Shown here: one piece after another, positions 63,803-64,000 of the stretch
Position numbering within the stretch: position 1 is the first letter of the stretch
How the letters are laid out: every line of letters begins with the position of its first letter
Source of the DNA: Octopus bimaculoides
Taxonomy: Eukaryota
Length of the DNA: 64,000 nucleotides
Direction of reading: 5' to 3'
NCBI RefSeq assembly: GCF_001194135.2
Contig: NC_068987.1
Span: forward strand, 23,768,150 to 23,832,149
The notes under the pieces: generated by a model
What the model saw: the letters and a program-made list of their open reading frames with translations, nothing else
Database searches by the model: none
What the model was told of the DNA's origin: nothing
Made by a program: the position numbers and the translations under genes

Positions 63803-63948
63803 ATCTCGCTACTTCTTCTAATTTGAGCACTAATGATTTTCTGGCTAGTTTTACTTCTGCTTTCGGATGGTCAAATTCTTCCCTCACCCACATGTATGGA
63901 CTGACCTGGGTTTGTCGTTCTGTCGGGGGTTTCGGTGAACTGTACAAC
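63803..63948 (-). CDS. SLAIN2: SLAIN motif-containing protein (SLAIN1/2 co-ortholog), conserved N-terminal-region exon
   Basis: Minus strand ttgcag|G TTG TAC...CGA/AGA T|gtaagt; 146 nt; (W)LYSSPKPPTERQTQVSPYMWVREEFDHPKAEVKLARKSLVLKLEEVAR vs human SLAIN2 [46 protein letters not shown] (recalled). Confidence 0.92.
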
Positions 63949-64000
63949 CTGCAACAAATGAAGAATTTATAAATATCAAATTCTGACAAACATATGCCAT

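Overview
AT-rich, microsatellite- and SINE-rich animal genomic DNA with about ten N-gaps. The repeat families suggest an octopus draft assembly (inference). Two intron-containing genes converge tail to tail. (1) On the + strand are nine exons of signal peptide peptidase HM13/SPP (1579-11713). They encode the YD, GLGD and QPALLY motifs and end in KKAQ*; the first exons lie upstream of the window. (2) On the - strand are eight exons of a SLAIN1/2-family microtubule plus-end protein (63948 down to 21557). They include WLYSSPK, DVSDIQNMAKLQEESLRQ, SGIP and the terminal DDSWKEGCF*; the 5' exons lie beyond the right edge. Splice sites and reading phases were checked by hand for all 17 exons. The rest is transposon-derived: tRNA-type SINEs, RTE, Jockey/CR1-like, Dong/R4-like and Penelope-like fragments, mariner/Tc1 relics, a TTAA-flanked piggyBac-type MITE family, a foldback element and a probable solo LTR. 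The most unusual signals are a well-formed minimal type I hammerhead-ribozyme fold in a (TA)n island (44898-44954) with a decayed relative (28433-28466), U12-type splice signals nested in a short U2 intron of HM13, and several long inverted repeats in transcribed introns. I found no CRISPR array, rRNA or true tRNA gene.
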